Assembly: GCF_001194135.2 (NCBI RefSeq)
Contig: NC_068981.1
Span: 149,474,084 to 149,538,083, forward strand
Source of the DNA: Octopus bimaculoides
Taxonomy: Eukaryota
Direction: 5' to 3'
Length of the DNA: 64,000 nucleotides
This document shows positions 27,843-41,637 of this stretch, piece by piece. A program made the position numbers and the translations under genes. Within the stretch, counting starts at the first letter, position 1, and each line of letters begins with the position of its first letter. The notes beneath the pieces are model-generated. The model ran no database searches. It was not told where the DNA came from and was given only the letters and a program-made list of their open reading frames with translations.

Positions 27843-27884
<42 letters not shown>

Positions 27885-27981
27885 TACACATACGTTTCTC
27901 TAATTTGCATACATATATGTATGTAGGTGTGTATATATGTATATCTATGTACCTCTCTGTCTCTCTCTGTCTCTCTCTGTC

Positions 27982-28070
<89 letters not shown>

Positions 28071-28867
28071 ATATATATATGTATGTATATATATACACAC
28101 ACACACACACATTAGAAAAACGAAACGATATTTATAAATATTTGTAGAATTTGAAAATAAAATAATTTATTTATTAGAAGTTTCACCATTCCTGTTGTAT
28201 AATGTTAATTATATTCTATTCATAAACTTAGGTTAACAGCCTATGTATAGCTATTGGATAGGATACGTCTATCAGAAAACACGCCAGAGCAAAGTAAATC
28301 ACCATTAAGGAGGAAAATTATGCTTGATTAAAGAGATAAATATTTATTTGGAAGGAAATAATAAGTGTTTCTTCACAGATCGTTGGCAGACGACCAGTAA
28401 ATATGGAATCTTAATAGGGTATGTAAAAACAGCGAGGCAAATGGATGTCAGTGGCACAATGAACATCGTAACGTAGGAAATTATAAAGATACATACAATC
28501 ACACATGGACGTGATATAATGTATCTCTGTGTGTTTGATTGTGTGTGAGTGTATGTGTGCGTGCGTGTTTGTGTGCGTGTGCGTGAGTGTGAGCTTGTAT
28601 GTGAGGGTGTGTAAGTTGGCACGACTACAAACACAAATAATACATCCAGAGGCATATTTGCTCTTAAATATATGCACGGAATTGTCCCGTTATTGTTCTT
28701 AAATTTGTTTTAAAATGGTAATCACAATATAACATATCACACACATACATACGCACACACACATACACGCACACCCGCACATACAAACACACACACGCAC
28801 GCATCTATATATACATACACATATATATATATGTATATGTTTAAGTGCGTATATATATACCCTCCTG

Positions 28868-28917
<50 letters not shown>

Positions 28918-28926
28918 CACACACAC

Positions 28927-29021
<95 letters not shown>

Positions 29022-29623
29022 CATACATATATATATATGTATATATATAAATACATATATATATATATACATACATATATATATATACATACATACATAT
29101 ATATGTATATATATATAGAGGGAGAGAGAGAGGGAGAGGGATAGATAGCTATGTAGATAGATAGTTACAAACGTAAACAAGTACGCGCATATACACACAC
29201 ATATATGTTGTGTGTGTATATATGTTGTTTCTAGTGAATATTTTATTTCTATTTCAAACTCTTTTGTATTTTCTATTTGAGCATCTTGCATATTACAGAA
29301 AGGTATTGTGTATTTAGCATATGCATTCAATTTAGTTAGACATTTCTTTCTATAATTATAGCATACGGGAAACTTTAGTGCAATCTATGGCATTCTATTA
29401 TATGAAAATTCTGTGTTGTATAAGCTTGATTGTATATACCTGAGTACGTGTATGATTATTTCGCCAATGTAGACATCAGTGCGTGAGTCCGTGAGTGCGT
29501 GTGTAAATGAAGATATTTATTGAATGTTTATGCATTTGGACACATACACGCGCAGACACATACACGCGCAGACACATACACGCGCAGACACATACACACA
29601 CGTATATATGTACGTATACATGA

Positions 29624-29676
<53 letters not shown>

Positions 29677-29807
29677 CATATTGTTATTTAAAACAGTTAG
29701 CTGAATTCGGTTAACTGAGCCCGGGGAGCTAGGTTTCTCTTGGCACTCTGCAAAACTTTAAGTTGCATGGTGCCAAACCAAATTATTTTAAACAATAGAA
29801 TATGTAA

Positions 29808-30043
29808 GGCAGCGAGCTGGCAGAAACGTTAGCACACCGGGCGGAGTATTTCGTCTGCCGGTATTTCGTCTGCCGTTATGTTCTGAGTACAAATTCTGCC
29901 GAAGTCGACTTTGCCTTTCATCTTTCGGGGGTCGATAAATTAAGTACCAGTTACGTACTGGGGTCCATGTAATCGACTTAATCCCTTTGTCTGTCCTTGC
30001 TTGTCCCCTCTATGTTTAGCCCCTTGTGGGCAAGAAAGAATTA
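29808..30043 (+). mobile_element. Young tRNA-derived SINE with 11-bp TSD
   Basis: ggcagcgagctggcagaaacgttagc...gttctgagtacaaattc...ctttcatctttcggggg..gataaattaagtacc; TSD agaatatgtaa at 29797-29807 and 30044-30054. Confidence 0.9.
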
Positions 30044-30110
30044 AGAATATGTAACACCTAATAAATGGTTTGAGTGCCTCTTTCTTTCGTTTGTACACTC
30101 ACCACTACAT

Positions 30111-30143
<33 letters not shown>

Positions 30144-30204
30144 TATATATATATATGTATGTGTATGTATGTATGTATATATATATATATATGCATTTAT
30201 AAAT

Positions 30205-30235
<31 letters not shown>

Positions 30236-30869
30236 AATGCACACATCACGCACACACCAACACACATACATGCACGCCCGCATGCACGCACACACAAATG
30301 CACACACACACACACACACATACACACACACACACACACACACTCGTACACTCACATAGACTCACACACAGTGCCATATATAACGGGACTCTGTTTCCGT
30401 CTAACAAATCTACCCACAAAGCTTCGGTCGGCCCGAAGCTATAGTAAAGGACACTTACCCAAGAAACACACAATAGAAATTTACTATGTGATTGAAAGCC
30501 AGCTTCTTACCGTACTGCCTCGCCCATATGTACGTTTATACACACGCACACACACACACATTATCGAGCGCACAACCTGTTTTGCTTATTCACCGGTTGG
30601 CTGTGGTACAGAGTTTGAGGGACGACTTCGTTAACCAGTGACAAATCGATTCGTCAGTCTGCTTTTACTTCGTTATTGAATCTAATCTTATATAACGTCG
30701 CTGTGGCATACGAACAAATAGTCTTGCGCTATTTATATATAATCATAGACTGTCAGTTCGATTAGTCACCGGTTCACGTCAAGAAACGCGATGTTGATAA
30801 GCCAAAAAATTCGTGAATTCGATCGGAAGCGAGATGTCTCACCTATCTATGACTTGTAGGTCTTTTAAC

Positions 30870-31120
30870 ACCCAGCGTTACGAGGGAATCAAACTGGGAA
30901 CAAACAAAAGGCTGTGGATAGACCTCAAAATTGATTCTCTCTTTAGAGTTACTTGCCGCGATGTAGGTTCGTCTGAGACCTTGGAGAGCAAAAAGTCAAG
31001 TTGTTGCTTGAAAACCAAGTTATTCAAATACATGGCCATTACTCTAGACAGGATAAGTGGGACCTTTGGAACAATGCAGTGACGGCCATTTCAGGGGCTG
31101 GTAGAAATCTCGATGACAAA
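30870..31120 (-). mobile_element. CR1-type LINE 3' end remnant
   Basis: NGRHCIVPKVP...VFKQQLDFLLSKVSDEPT...RESILRS matches the CR1 ORF2 C-terminal pattern (GRHCIVP..FK.QLD.LLS.VPDEP). Confidence 0.6.
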
Positions 31121-31234
31121 GTTTGGTACCAACCTCCCCAGGATCTTCTATAGGTTTATCACAGCATATCTCTCGCGTCTTCGTTCAAGGGCTTACACTT
31201 TCAGCCTGCCCCAGTAGCTCAGCTGTTCCAATGA

Positions 31235-31296
<62 letters not shown>

Positions 31297-31917
31297 TGTT
31301 TGTGTGTCTGTGTTTGTCCCCCAGCATCGCTTCACAATCGATGCTGGTATGTTTACGTCCTCGTAACATAGCAGTTTGGCAAAAGAGGCCGATATAATAA
31401 GTACTGGGGTCGATTTGTTCGACTAAAGGTGGTGCTCCAGCATTGCCAGTCAAATTACTGAAACAAATAGAAAAATAAAAGAATAGAATTTTTTTTTGAG
31501 GTTTGGAAATGCACTTGAATTTGAAAAAAACGTGTAGGTGTTTTTAAATAGATTTATTCACATACATACCAAACTAGTTTCAACAAATTTTTGTTTATCA
31601 ATGGTAGAAATATATATAAAACAAGAACATTTTAACTGAGTTTAAAATTATAAATATGTTTAAACGATCGAATGATCAGATGTGCACTTAAAATTCAATG
31701 AGTTTCACAGGGATAAATAATATCAAAGTAAATGTTCGGCGAAGAATATAACAAATGTACATTATTGACAGTTCGGTCATATTGAGTTTTTATAGAATAC
31801 GTAGACAAGAAAGAATAGAAAAAGATAAGAGAGTATGAAAATGTCTTTTACGATTTCTATCGTTGTGCGTGTAGCTTTTTCTTTTTTCCTTCGCGTACTG
31901 ATCCCTGTATACATATT

Positions 31918-32761
31918 CGAGGTGTATGCCAGAAATTTTGAGACATTTTTAGGAGAAGTAGTTATAGCTGTCTTAGATTAGTGTAACTTAAGTCAATGCA
32001 TTTATTAATCTGACGTGTTAACTTCTCTCATTCTAGATTGAAGAAGACGGCAGTAACTGCACATTGAATACATCCTACAAAACACTGAATGTCACAGCTG
32101 GCTAGTTTGCAGAATGTAGTCAGGAGGTGAAGACAGTTTGGAAGCTCACAGTGCAATAAAGGTTTGTGTTAAATTCGGTAAAAATGCTCCAGAAACATAT
32201 GAAATGTTCCAGATTGCTTATGCAATAAAAGGCCAGGAAAAGCAAATCCACCGGAAACTCAAGATGATCTTTTTCTATAGCAAGGGCATAATCTATATCC
32301 ACTAGTTACCTTCTGACCAGATCACCAACCAAGTACCTTCGTCAGTACCTCCATTTTGTGGAGGTACTGAGGAAAATCAAGTAGAGATTTCGTTGCAATA
32401 GGCCAAGGTACCTGCACCAGAAGATGCACCAGTCCACAGTTCTATCCTGGTAACCAACTACTTGACAGAAATGGGTATCTAAACTGTCGGTCACTCTCCT
32501 CACAGTCCAGATCTTGCACCCCGTGACTTTTGACTATTCACCAAACTAAAGGGAAAAATGAAGGAGGCTGTTACAAGGTTGGTTCCAGCTGGACACCTTC
32601 ACTTTAAAGAACTTAGATGGAGCCTTCGCGTAGTGAGTGGAGCCTTACAAGTGAATCGAAGTCAGATGATCCTACATTGAAGGAGATTAAAGTTTTTTTA
32701 TTTCTTTGAAATTAATGAATGTTTCACCTGTAAAAGTCTGAAAACCTCTGGAATGCACACC

Positions 32762-32764
<3 letters not shown>
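31918..32764 (+). mobile_element. Internally deleted mariner
   Basis: Imperfect TIRs (cgaggtgtatgccagaaattttgagac / gtctgaaaacctctggaatgcacaccatc); N-terminal AIKVCVKFGKNAPETYEM and catalytic HSPHSPDLAPRDF; the middle is deleted. Confidence 0.8.
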
Positions 32765-32810
<46 letters not shown>

Positions 32811-32819
32811 CACACACGA

Positions 32820-33141
32820 ACACACGTACACACGCACACACACATATCTCTTTTATTTGTTTCAGTAATTTACTGCGGCCATGCTGGAGCACCGCCTTTA
32901 GTCGAGCAAATCGACCCCGGGACATATTCTTTGTAAGCCTAGTACTTATTCTATCGATCTCTTTTGCCGAACCGCTAAGTTACAGGGACATAAACACACC
33001 AGCATCGGTTGTCAAGCAATGCTAGGGGGACAAACACACACACATATACATATATATATACATATATACGACGGGCTTCTTTCAGTTTCCGTCTACCAAA
33101 TCCACTCACAAGGCTTTGGTCGGCCCGAGGCTATAGTAGAA
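32820..33141 (-). mobile_element. tRNA-derived SINE (runs into gap)
   Basis: Close match to the 52321-52673 family in reverse orientation. Confidence 0.85.
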
Positions 33142-33599
33142 NNNNNNNNNNNNNNNNNNNNNNNNNNNNNNNNNNNNNNNNNNNNNNNNNNNNNNNNNNN
33201 NNNNNNNNNNNNNNNNNNNNNNNNNNNNNNNNNNNNNNNNNNNNNNNNNNNNNNNNNNNNNNNNNNNNNNNNNNNNNNNNNNNNNNNNNNNNNNNNNNNN
33301 NNNNNNNNNNNNNNNNNNNNNNNNNNNATATATATATATATATATATATATAGCTATGTATACATACGTGCATAAATAAACTTTTATATGCATATACCTG
33401 TGTACATACACATATTTTATGTTAGTTGTATTTATTCTTCTATTCAAAAATATTTCCTCACAAATCCGCGAAATGCAAATGTACTCACTCTCCAACATAT
33501 GCATAAAGTTATCCCGTTATGCAATTATAGTCAAGACCGACAATGTTAATTTATAACATTACCACGTGACCTTATGTTCAGGTTGTTTGCTTGTTACTG

Positions 33600-35520
33600 G
33601 AATTTGACTCCAAATAGCCTAACGGCAATGGATAGCATTCTTAGAATTTTGTAACTCAGGTCAACTTGCCCTCTATAACTGCAACAAGAAATAAGATTAA
33701 GTAAAAAGCGAAAAGCAAAATATTTAAAGATATTAATTTTATCGATTATCAAAATTAGTCTTCAACTTTGGAGATATTCCTTGATACTTCAGTTCATTTC
33801 TCTATGATGTTTACTAATATTCCTTCTTTCAACTCCAGCAACGTATATTGTCATTACGTCAATTAATGTTTAATATGGGCAAAGTTTTGTTTATGAAGTT
33901 AAAAGTTCACCTAGTCGACATATGGTTTCGGTTTCAATACCATTGCATGGAACTTTCAAAGTATTTACCAAAGATTTGCGTCGAGCAAAAGATTGTGAAT
34001 GAAATTTGAAAGGCAAAATCTATTTCAAAGCCTGATAGAAAGACGATTACCTTTTTCTCGAGTGCTAGAATTAATCCGTTGTCTGTTTTAATACCACCAC
34101 ATGTCTGAATCTGGCTGAATCTACTCTTTATCAAGTATTTGAGCCATCTCTCTGATCTGAGAATAATTTTATTCCTTCCTCCTAACAGTTTCAGTGACCC
34201 TGAAATAAAGATCACGGGTCTCTGCTTTTCATCCTCTGGCTAAGACATAATAATTAAAAAATGGAAGTTTGTTTGAAAGATTATATGAAATCAATCATTG
34301 AAAAGAAAGAGCTGAAACATCAGACAAACAGAAAAATCCAAAAGAAAAGAAAATGGAAAGAATAATGATTTTGGTAAGGAATAAACATATTTCGTTATTA
34401 AAAACTGAATCTGCTTCCTTGGCTTCATATTTTATCTTTTTCATATGTAGGTCAGTTAGACATAGTTGAATTGCTTTGATATGGTTATCTCTTACTTTAA
34501 AGCAATAGTAAACAAAGACGTCTACTGGCCAAATTAATATTCAGTGAAAATTGCTTTAACATCGTAGAGCAATGAATAGGATTCTAGTCAAAAAAGATTT
34601 GTGAGCCAATTTACATTATGTTTTGAAGCTAATGACTTGTACTGATACTACTATATATATATAAAAAAAAAACAGTGATATGAAAACAATTAAACGAAAT
34701 AGCAATAATTTATTCTTGCATACCCTTTTAAAATCAAGCATACCCTTTTAAAAAGTTACCCTTTGAAAATCAAGTATACATGTCATGGTTCAGTGTATAC
34801 AAGGCCTGACTGGAATGCATTTGATAATATGTCCTCTCATTTAGAGCTGAGAAATAAACAGCCATAAAACAAAAGTGATAAGAAACTGAGTCAACATAGA
34901 AACCTCCACACCGTCTCACAAAGTGCGACATACAGCAAACAAATCCTCATCAAATCAAATCATACCATCTTAACTAAAAATAACATTGGACAATATAATT
35001 CCTGATTATATGATCGATGGTCACATATGAGACGTCTTTGATAGGTCAACTCAGTCAGGGCTAAATTGGAACTTAAAAGCAACAACAACGATAACAGTAA
35101 ACATGTTGATAACAATTTGGAATTTGTAGCAAAACATGAATAATACATTTTTTAGGTGCTTGGTATTTATACAGAAGATAATGTTTTCTTTAATTTTCAC
35201 GTGAATGTTAAACAACAACCATTGATATGGAACCATAGATCACCTGTCATTTATTGTATATTTTCTAACATTACTGCAATATCTTATTCCCTTTCGAATT
35301 GTATTGATCTTTTCTTGACACCTGTATCTAATGTATCTAATTCCCCTGCTACACTTTTTAACATTATTTGCAGACAGAATCCGCACGAAATGAATCTATT
35401 GGGAAGTTTCAATATTCCATTTCTAAATTTAGAAACAACTAGTTTATCACTAACCTCATTTATAACATTTTAATCTTCTTCTTTTCTTTAGCTCGAGAGT
35501 TTTTGAGTAAATGGTAAAAT
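33600..35520 (-). mobile_element. Decayed LINE ORF2 remnant (RT-like and possibly endonuclease-like)
   Basis: LVNTLKVPCNGIETE... resembles the ILANRLK.VL..II.E.Q RT segment; very degenerate. Confidence 0.3.
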
Positions 35521-35957
35521 TTTGTATTGGGTGTGCTCCATTTTCGATTCCTGGTTGGTACTATTGATAAACATTTCAGTTCCAGTGTCTAAAAAGATTA
35601 GAAGATTTGACTTTCAAAAAAACTTACGCATAAAGAACACATTGTTACCAATAACCGGTCGACTGTTGGAATAAATCACTGGAAACATCTATATTTGAAT
35701 TCAAAACTTGCAAGAGTATATTATATTTTCTTTACCCTGGTGCCGAGAACGTGACAGTAATTATATTAAGCTCAGTTCAACTAGCTATCCTCTACAAATT
35801 TGTGGTCTACAACAAATCATCATTAATAACAGAATAATGTGACAAACTCTGAATTAGATCGAAGCACCATATAAATTTATTCTTTACTCTGGTTGGTTTC
35901 AATTTCTGTTCTTAAGGAAGGCATGAACTTCACGGAGCGTATTTCCTTCCTATATGT

Positions 35958-36309
35958 GTTGGCACTCCGTCGCTTACGACGACGAGGGTTCCAGTTGATC
36001 CGATCAATGGAACAACCTGCTCGTGAAATTAACGTGCAAGTGGCTGAGCACTCCACAGACACGTGTACCCTTAACGTAGTTCTCGGGGATATTCAGCGTG
36101 ACACAGAGTGTGACAAGGCTAGCCATTTGAATTACAGGCACAACAGAAACAGGAAGTAAGAGTGAGAGAAAGTTGTGGTGAAAGAGTACAGCAGGGTTCG
36201 CCACCATCCCCTGCCGGAATTTTAGGTGTTTTCGCTCAATAAACACTCACAACTCCGGTCTGGGAATCGAAATCGCGATCTTATGACCGCGAGTCCGCTG
36301 CCCTAACCA
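35958..36309 (-). mobile_element. tRNA(Arg)-like-headed SINE
   Basis: Head tggttagggcagcggactcgcggtcataagatcgcgatttcgattccc; close reverse-complement match to 49443-49818. Confidence 0.85.
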
Positions 36310-38261
36310 TATACAGTCTAGCTTTCTATCAAAGCCGAGATTAACGATTTATTACTCCTACTTTTAACAACTGAAATTTGACAGTACTTTCGTAAATAAA
36401 TATTTAATCAGTATTTCTCTTTGTAGCCTAAAAGACTATTACTATTTTTGATGAAGGTAAGGAGTCAATGAATAATTTGGTTTCTGGAAAACTTAATAAG
36501 AAATCACCCCAGCTGTATAGAACTAGAACCTCCAGGCTAAAATGGATTCCGTTTATTTCTCAGATCATGGAAATTTACAGTTCTACTATATTCTCACATT
36601 TTATCAAATGTAACCTGCCTTGGGTTCATTGACTTTTAACATATCAACACCCCGCTTTCAGTTACTTTTAAACCACCACAATACATTATATTCAAACGAT
36701 ATTTTCATGTTCCATACGGAGATATCCTATCGACGCCTGACTGGGTCTGTTGTGAGATGTAACCTAAACACCTCACACCAGATGCGAAACTATCTGTCAA
36801 TGAACAGTCTTTCTAATTACTTTTGGACATAACATAAAAATCTAGCCTCTTTCACATACCACCAAAATATGGTCACTCTACATATCAAAGAAATACATCA
36901 TTGTTTTAATTATACATTACAACTCATAATTAAAACATTCAGATTCTTTAAAAATTCTCAAAATCTCTGATACTTCATCTTTGAAATAACAAACGGTATA
37001 ATCTGAGGATACTATTGATGTTTTACATTCAGAAATAGTAAAACTAACACTTCAAACAATGGAATAAATGTGGGCAGTGTTCTTTGTCAGAGAAATAGGG
37101 AATGGCTACTAAATAGTGAACTAAAACTGCACCACAAAGAACACCTTTTCCTCTTTAGTATCATCCCAGTACAGACATTGACACTACAATTTAAAATAAT
37201 ATTTACATATCTGTTTACCAATATACACAGCACAAATGTTAGTGTTGTATACATTGACAAACCAATGATGAGGCATCAACGCGATTGGTCCTGAAGTTAG
37301 AAATATCAACCAAATGTTCTTAAAATTGATAAAAATACTTTCTTAAAATTACTATCCATTTCGAAAAAAAAAGTGCGACTGTTACACATGGAAAACCACT
37401 GATTTAAAGGGCTAAACAACAGTAAACCATTATACGTTCCTTAAGAAAGTAAAAAGGATTCAATAACTTAATAAAAATTCAATAAATTTCAATACTTTAC
37501 AATGTCAAGGACACTAACACAGTTTCCCTTTGTAAACCCGTACGTCACTATCAGAATTATTAATGCTTTTCCTTTGAAGCCGACTTCATACGCGATATTC
37601 TCCCAGCTCCCTACTTATCTTCTCCTTAGTTGTATACTTCAGATTTAATTCACTAAACTAAAACACTCCCAAATTTCTGTTTTCGCAGAACCCTCTTGAA
37701 TACTCTAAGTGCTCTATGAGTGCATAAAAGGAATGCATTTACATTCGTTTAAGCTATATAATATCGAAATTCATTTCAGCATTGATTCATGCTGTGTGAG
37801 ACATAAAAAATTTGCAAATTAAGCTACCACTGCGCTAATAATTTAAACATATTCAACAATCTTATCTATGACAACATGTGGTTTGAAGCGTCACAGTAGA
37901 GATACATGTTATTTTGCATAAACAGGTTTGTATCTTCAACCTTACTTAGCTTTTTTCTTATTCATTTGACAGATTTCGTCAAGGAGCAATTCATTTATGA
38001 TAAAGTGGAATGGTAAGGGAGCGCAGCATCGATAGATTTTAGGTTTCCGCGTTTCTACGCCTCCTAGCGTATATCATTTTGTGATGGCATATGACACAGA
38101 CAGCAATAATTCATGCTCCAAAATTAGATGGACAGAGTAGGGTAAGATCTGAAAGAAGTTGATCTACTTATGGCTACTTCATTGTGCATGTTGTTTAGAA
38201 ACAGCAATTGTTACTGAGTACTAACGAGAAAGAACATTACATACATACATACATACATATG

Positions 38262-38324
<63 letters not shown>

Positions 38325-38820
38325 TATATTTTACTTGTTTCACTCATTAAATAGCGACCATATTGAGGCACTGCGTTGAAGAATTTTAGGCGAATGAATC
38401 GACCTAGAACTTATTTTTANNNNNNNNNNNNNNNNNNNNNNNNNNNNNNNNNNNNNNNNNNNNNNNNNNNNNNNNNNNNNNNNNNNNNNNNNNNNNNNNN
38501 NNNNNNNNNNNNNNNNNNNNNNNNNNNNNNNNNNNNNNNNNNNNNNNNNNNNNNNNNNNNNNNNNNNNNNNNNNNNNNNNNNNNNNNNNNNNNNNNNNNN
38601 NNNNNNNNNNNNNNNNNNNNNNNNNNNNNNNNNNNNNNNNNNNNNNNNNNNNNNNNNNNNNNNNNNNNNNNNNNNNNNNNNNNNNNNNNNNNNNNNNNNN
38701 NNNNNNNNNNNATATGTATCTACATCTATATCTACTGCTATCTCTTTTTCTCTCTCTCTCTCTCTCTCTGTATATATATATATATATATATGCATGTATT
38801 TATGTGAATATATGTGTGTT

Positions 38821-38851
<31 letters not shown>

Positions 38852-39128
38852 TTAATCCATCTCAATAAAATATGTTGTCCTCCTCCAAATACAATATGTG
38901 GTTCTCTGCCAATCTGCGAAATCAATATTTCCTCGCAAGCTAATTATCAGCAATTAGTTTTAAATATGGACGAATGATTATATTCATGTGACGCCATTTT
39001 ACTGTTTGTATATGAATAAGTAAATAAATAAACAAATAATGAAAGAAAGCAGAAAGAAAATGGATAACTCGCTTGATGGATAGATAGATAAATAGATAGA
39101 TGGATAAATAGATAGATAGATAGATAAG

Positions 39129-39159
<31 letters not shown>

Positions 39160-39518
39160 GAAGAAAACATCTCGTAAAGAGAAAAAAAGCATGTACAAGC
39201 GATAATCTTGCAAACACACTCTGGATTGCATTTATAGAATATTTCGAACGCAAAACCTGAAAAAGAAATTTGTTTGCAAATAATTAAAGTATGTTGACTT
39301 ACGATTGAGTAGAGAATACAATGGCGATATTTATATAAAAAAAATCGTGTAAGTTACTAGCTGTTAATTATTAATTATGACTATATGTCTATTTATATTC
39401 CTATTTACTGAATTTTCTTTCTTTCTTTCTTTCTTTCTTTCACCCTCTATGTGCATACACATATAGCTATGTTATCAAATATATATACAAACAGGTACAT
39501 ATACATAAAGACACATAC

Positions 39519-39572
<54 letters not shown>

Positions 39573-39625
39573 ACGTGTGTGTACGTATACCCGCAGGCAC
39601 ACACGCACACACACATATATATGAT

Positions 39626-39656
<31 letters not shown>

Positions 39657-40552
39657 CATATATGTATACGTGTCTGTGTGATATATAAATATAACTAGAT
39701 GAATATATATAGACACATATTTCCATGTCCTTACACTTTTTCTTTTTTTGATTTTCAGTTTTGCAATATAAACAGATATTTTATTTTGATACTTTATTCT
39801 CCGCCATCTCTTCCTCTACAAGTCCTATAATACTGCAATAACCCCAACACTACAACCGGAACAGCAACCACCATCATCAGCGCCAGACTCAGCGTGTCTG
39901 CGATTATACCAAGCTTATTATTTCTAACGTTAACAGACACGGCGCTGTGAGTAACAACGATAACTATTACCATAAAGCGTTTCCTTGGCTACTATCACCT
40001 CTTTCGTTCCTACCATTTATTCATAACTACTAGCTAACTAGAACTGTAATGATACTTCACAGAAATCACACGCACGCACACTTACACAAACCTTGTCTGT
40101 GGTTACGAATACATGTGCATTCAGAAATTATATGCAATATGCTAGATAGACATATTTAATGTTACTGTGAAGGTACGACGCAGTAACATGACAGCAATAT
40201 GATTAGTTTCGTCAACCCTAAAAGCTGTTAGTGATCAATTACTTTGTCTCTCAACCTTCAAATTAAAAAAAATATGTCTTCAAGAGGAAAAAATAAACCA
40301 ACCATTATTTGTATAGAGAATTTTACACAATGTGGCTGTGTTGGTGGTCAGGATGTAAGTCTGGCACAAGACGAAATTCGTCGGATGACTCTTAGGCGCT
40401 AAAATTGATGTGGTTTATTCAGAACTCTTATGGTTGCAGTGCAACATATATTTGTTTATTAAACATATTGTACGTGATTTCTTTACACACACACACACAC
40501 ACACACTCACACACAGACACACAGACATACAGACAAACACACGCACACACAC

Positions 40553-40594
<42 letters not shown>

Positions 40595-40962
40595 NNNNNN
40601 NNNNNNNNNNNNNNNNNNNNNNNNNNNNNNNNNNNNNNNNNNNNNNNNNNNNNNNNNNNNNNNNNNNNNNNNNNNNNNNNNNNNNNNNNNNNNNNNNNNN
40701 NNNNNNNNNNNNNNNNNNNNNNNNNNNNNNNNNNNNNNNNNNNNNNNNNNNNNNNNNNNNNNNNNNNNNNNNNNNNNNNNNNNNNNNNNNNNNNNNNNNN
40801 NNNNNNNNNNNNNNNNNNNNNNNNNNNNNNNNNNNNNNNNNNNNNNNNNNNNNNNNNNNNNNNNNNNNNNGGTAAGGCGACTACACCGACCAAATTGCTC
40901 AAATGTTCTTATTTTATCTGTCCCGAAAACATGAAAGGCAAAGTCGATCTCGGAGGTATTCT

Positions 40963-41194
40963 TATTTCTTTATTGCTCACAAGGGGCTAAACATAGAGGG
41001 AAAAAACAAGGACAGACAAAGAGATTAAGTCGATTACATCAACCCCAGTGCGTAACTGGTACTTAATTTATCGACCTCGAAAGTATGACAGGCAAAGTCG
41101 ACCTCGGCGGAATTTGAACTCAGAACGTAACGGCAGACGAAATACCGCTAGGCATTTCGCCCGGCGTGCTGACGATTGTGCCAGCTCGCCGCCT
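40963..41194 (-). mobile_element. Young SINE with 15-bp TSD, nested in an older related SINE
   Basis: Same family as 29808-30043; TSD tctcggaggtattct at 40948-40962 and 41195-41209; the flanks are halves of an older SINE. Confidence 0.9.
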
Positions 41195-41598
41195 TCTCGG
41201 AGGTATTCTGTTAAGCATGCATTTTGTCCAGCTTGCTAACGATTCTGATAACTCGCCTCCTTCGTCAAATATAGAATAAAAAAACCACGTTAGTTGAAGC
41301 AACAGCAAGACTATAGCTACACGAATAACAATAAAATAGGCAGTAAGTGATGGAATACGAATATCAGGAAAAAAGCATCAACAATGAAGTCAACCGACAA
41401 TACGTTAACAAAGAGGAATAACGTCGGCGGTAGGAAAGAACAACAACAACAATAACAAAGAAATATTCATATAAATATTCCGAGTAGTAATTACTAGAAC
41501 AGGAATAACCATTAACTATGTGTATACAGCCACATCAAACAGACAAGCAAACAAACAAAAACGATATACACAGACGTACATATACATATGTATAGGCA

Positions 41599-41637
<39 letters not shown>

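Noticed and set aside
37700-37900. C2H2 zinc-finger-like fragment (SAL*VHKR)
   Set aside because: It needs a stop and a frameshift, and no C-x2-C or linker motif is found.
39790-39975. Hydrophobic 59-aa minus-strand ORF resembling a membrane peptide
   Set aside because: The hydrophobicity follows from GT-rich composition; no homology recognised.
40317-40354. Plus-strand exon candidate NFTQCGCVGGQD|gtaagt (Kazal/OATP-like)
   Set aside because: Weak acceptor, too short to assign, and no partner exons found.
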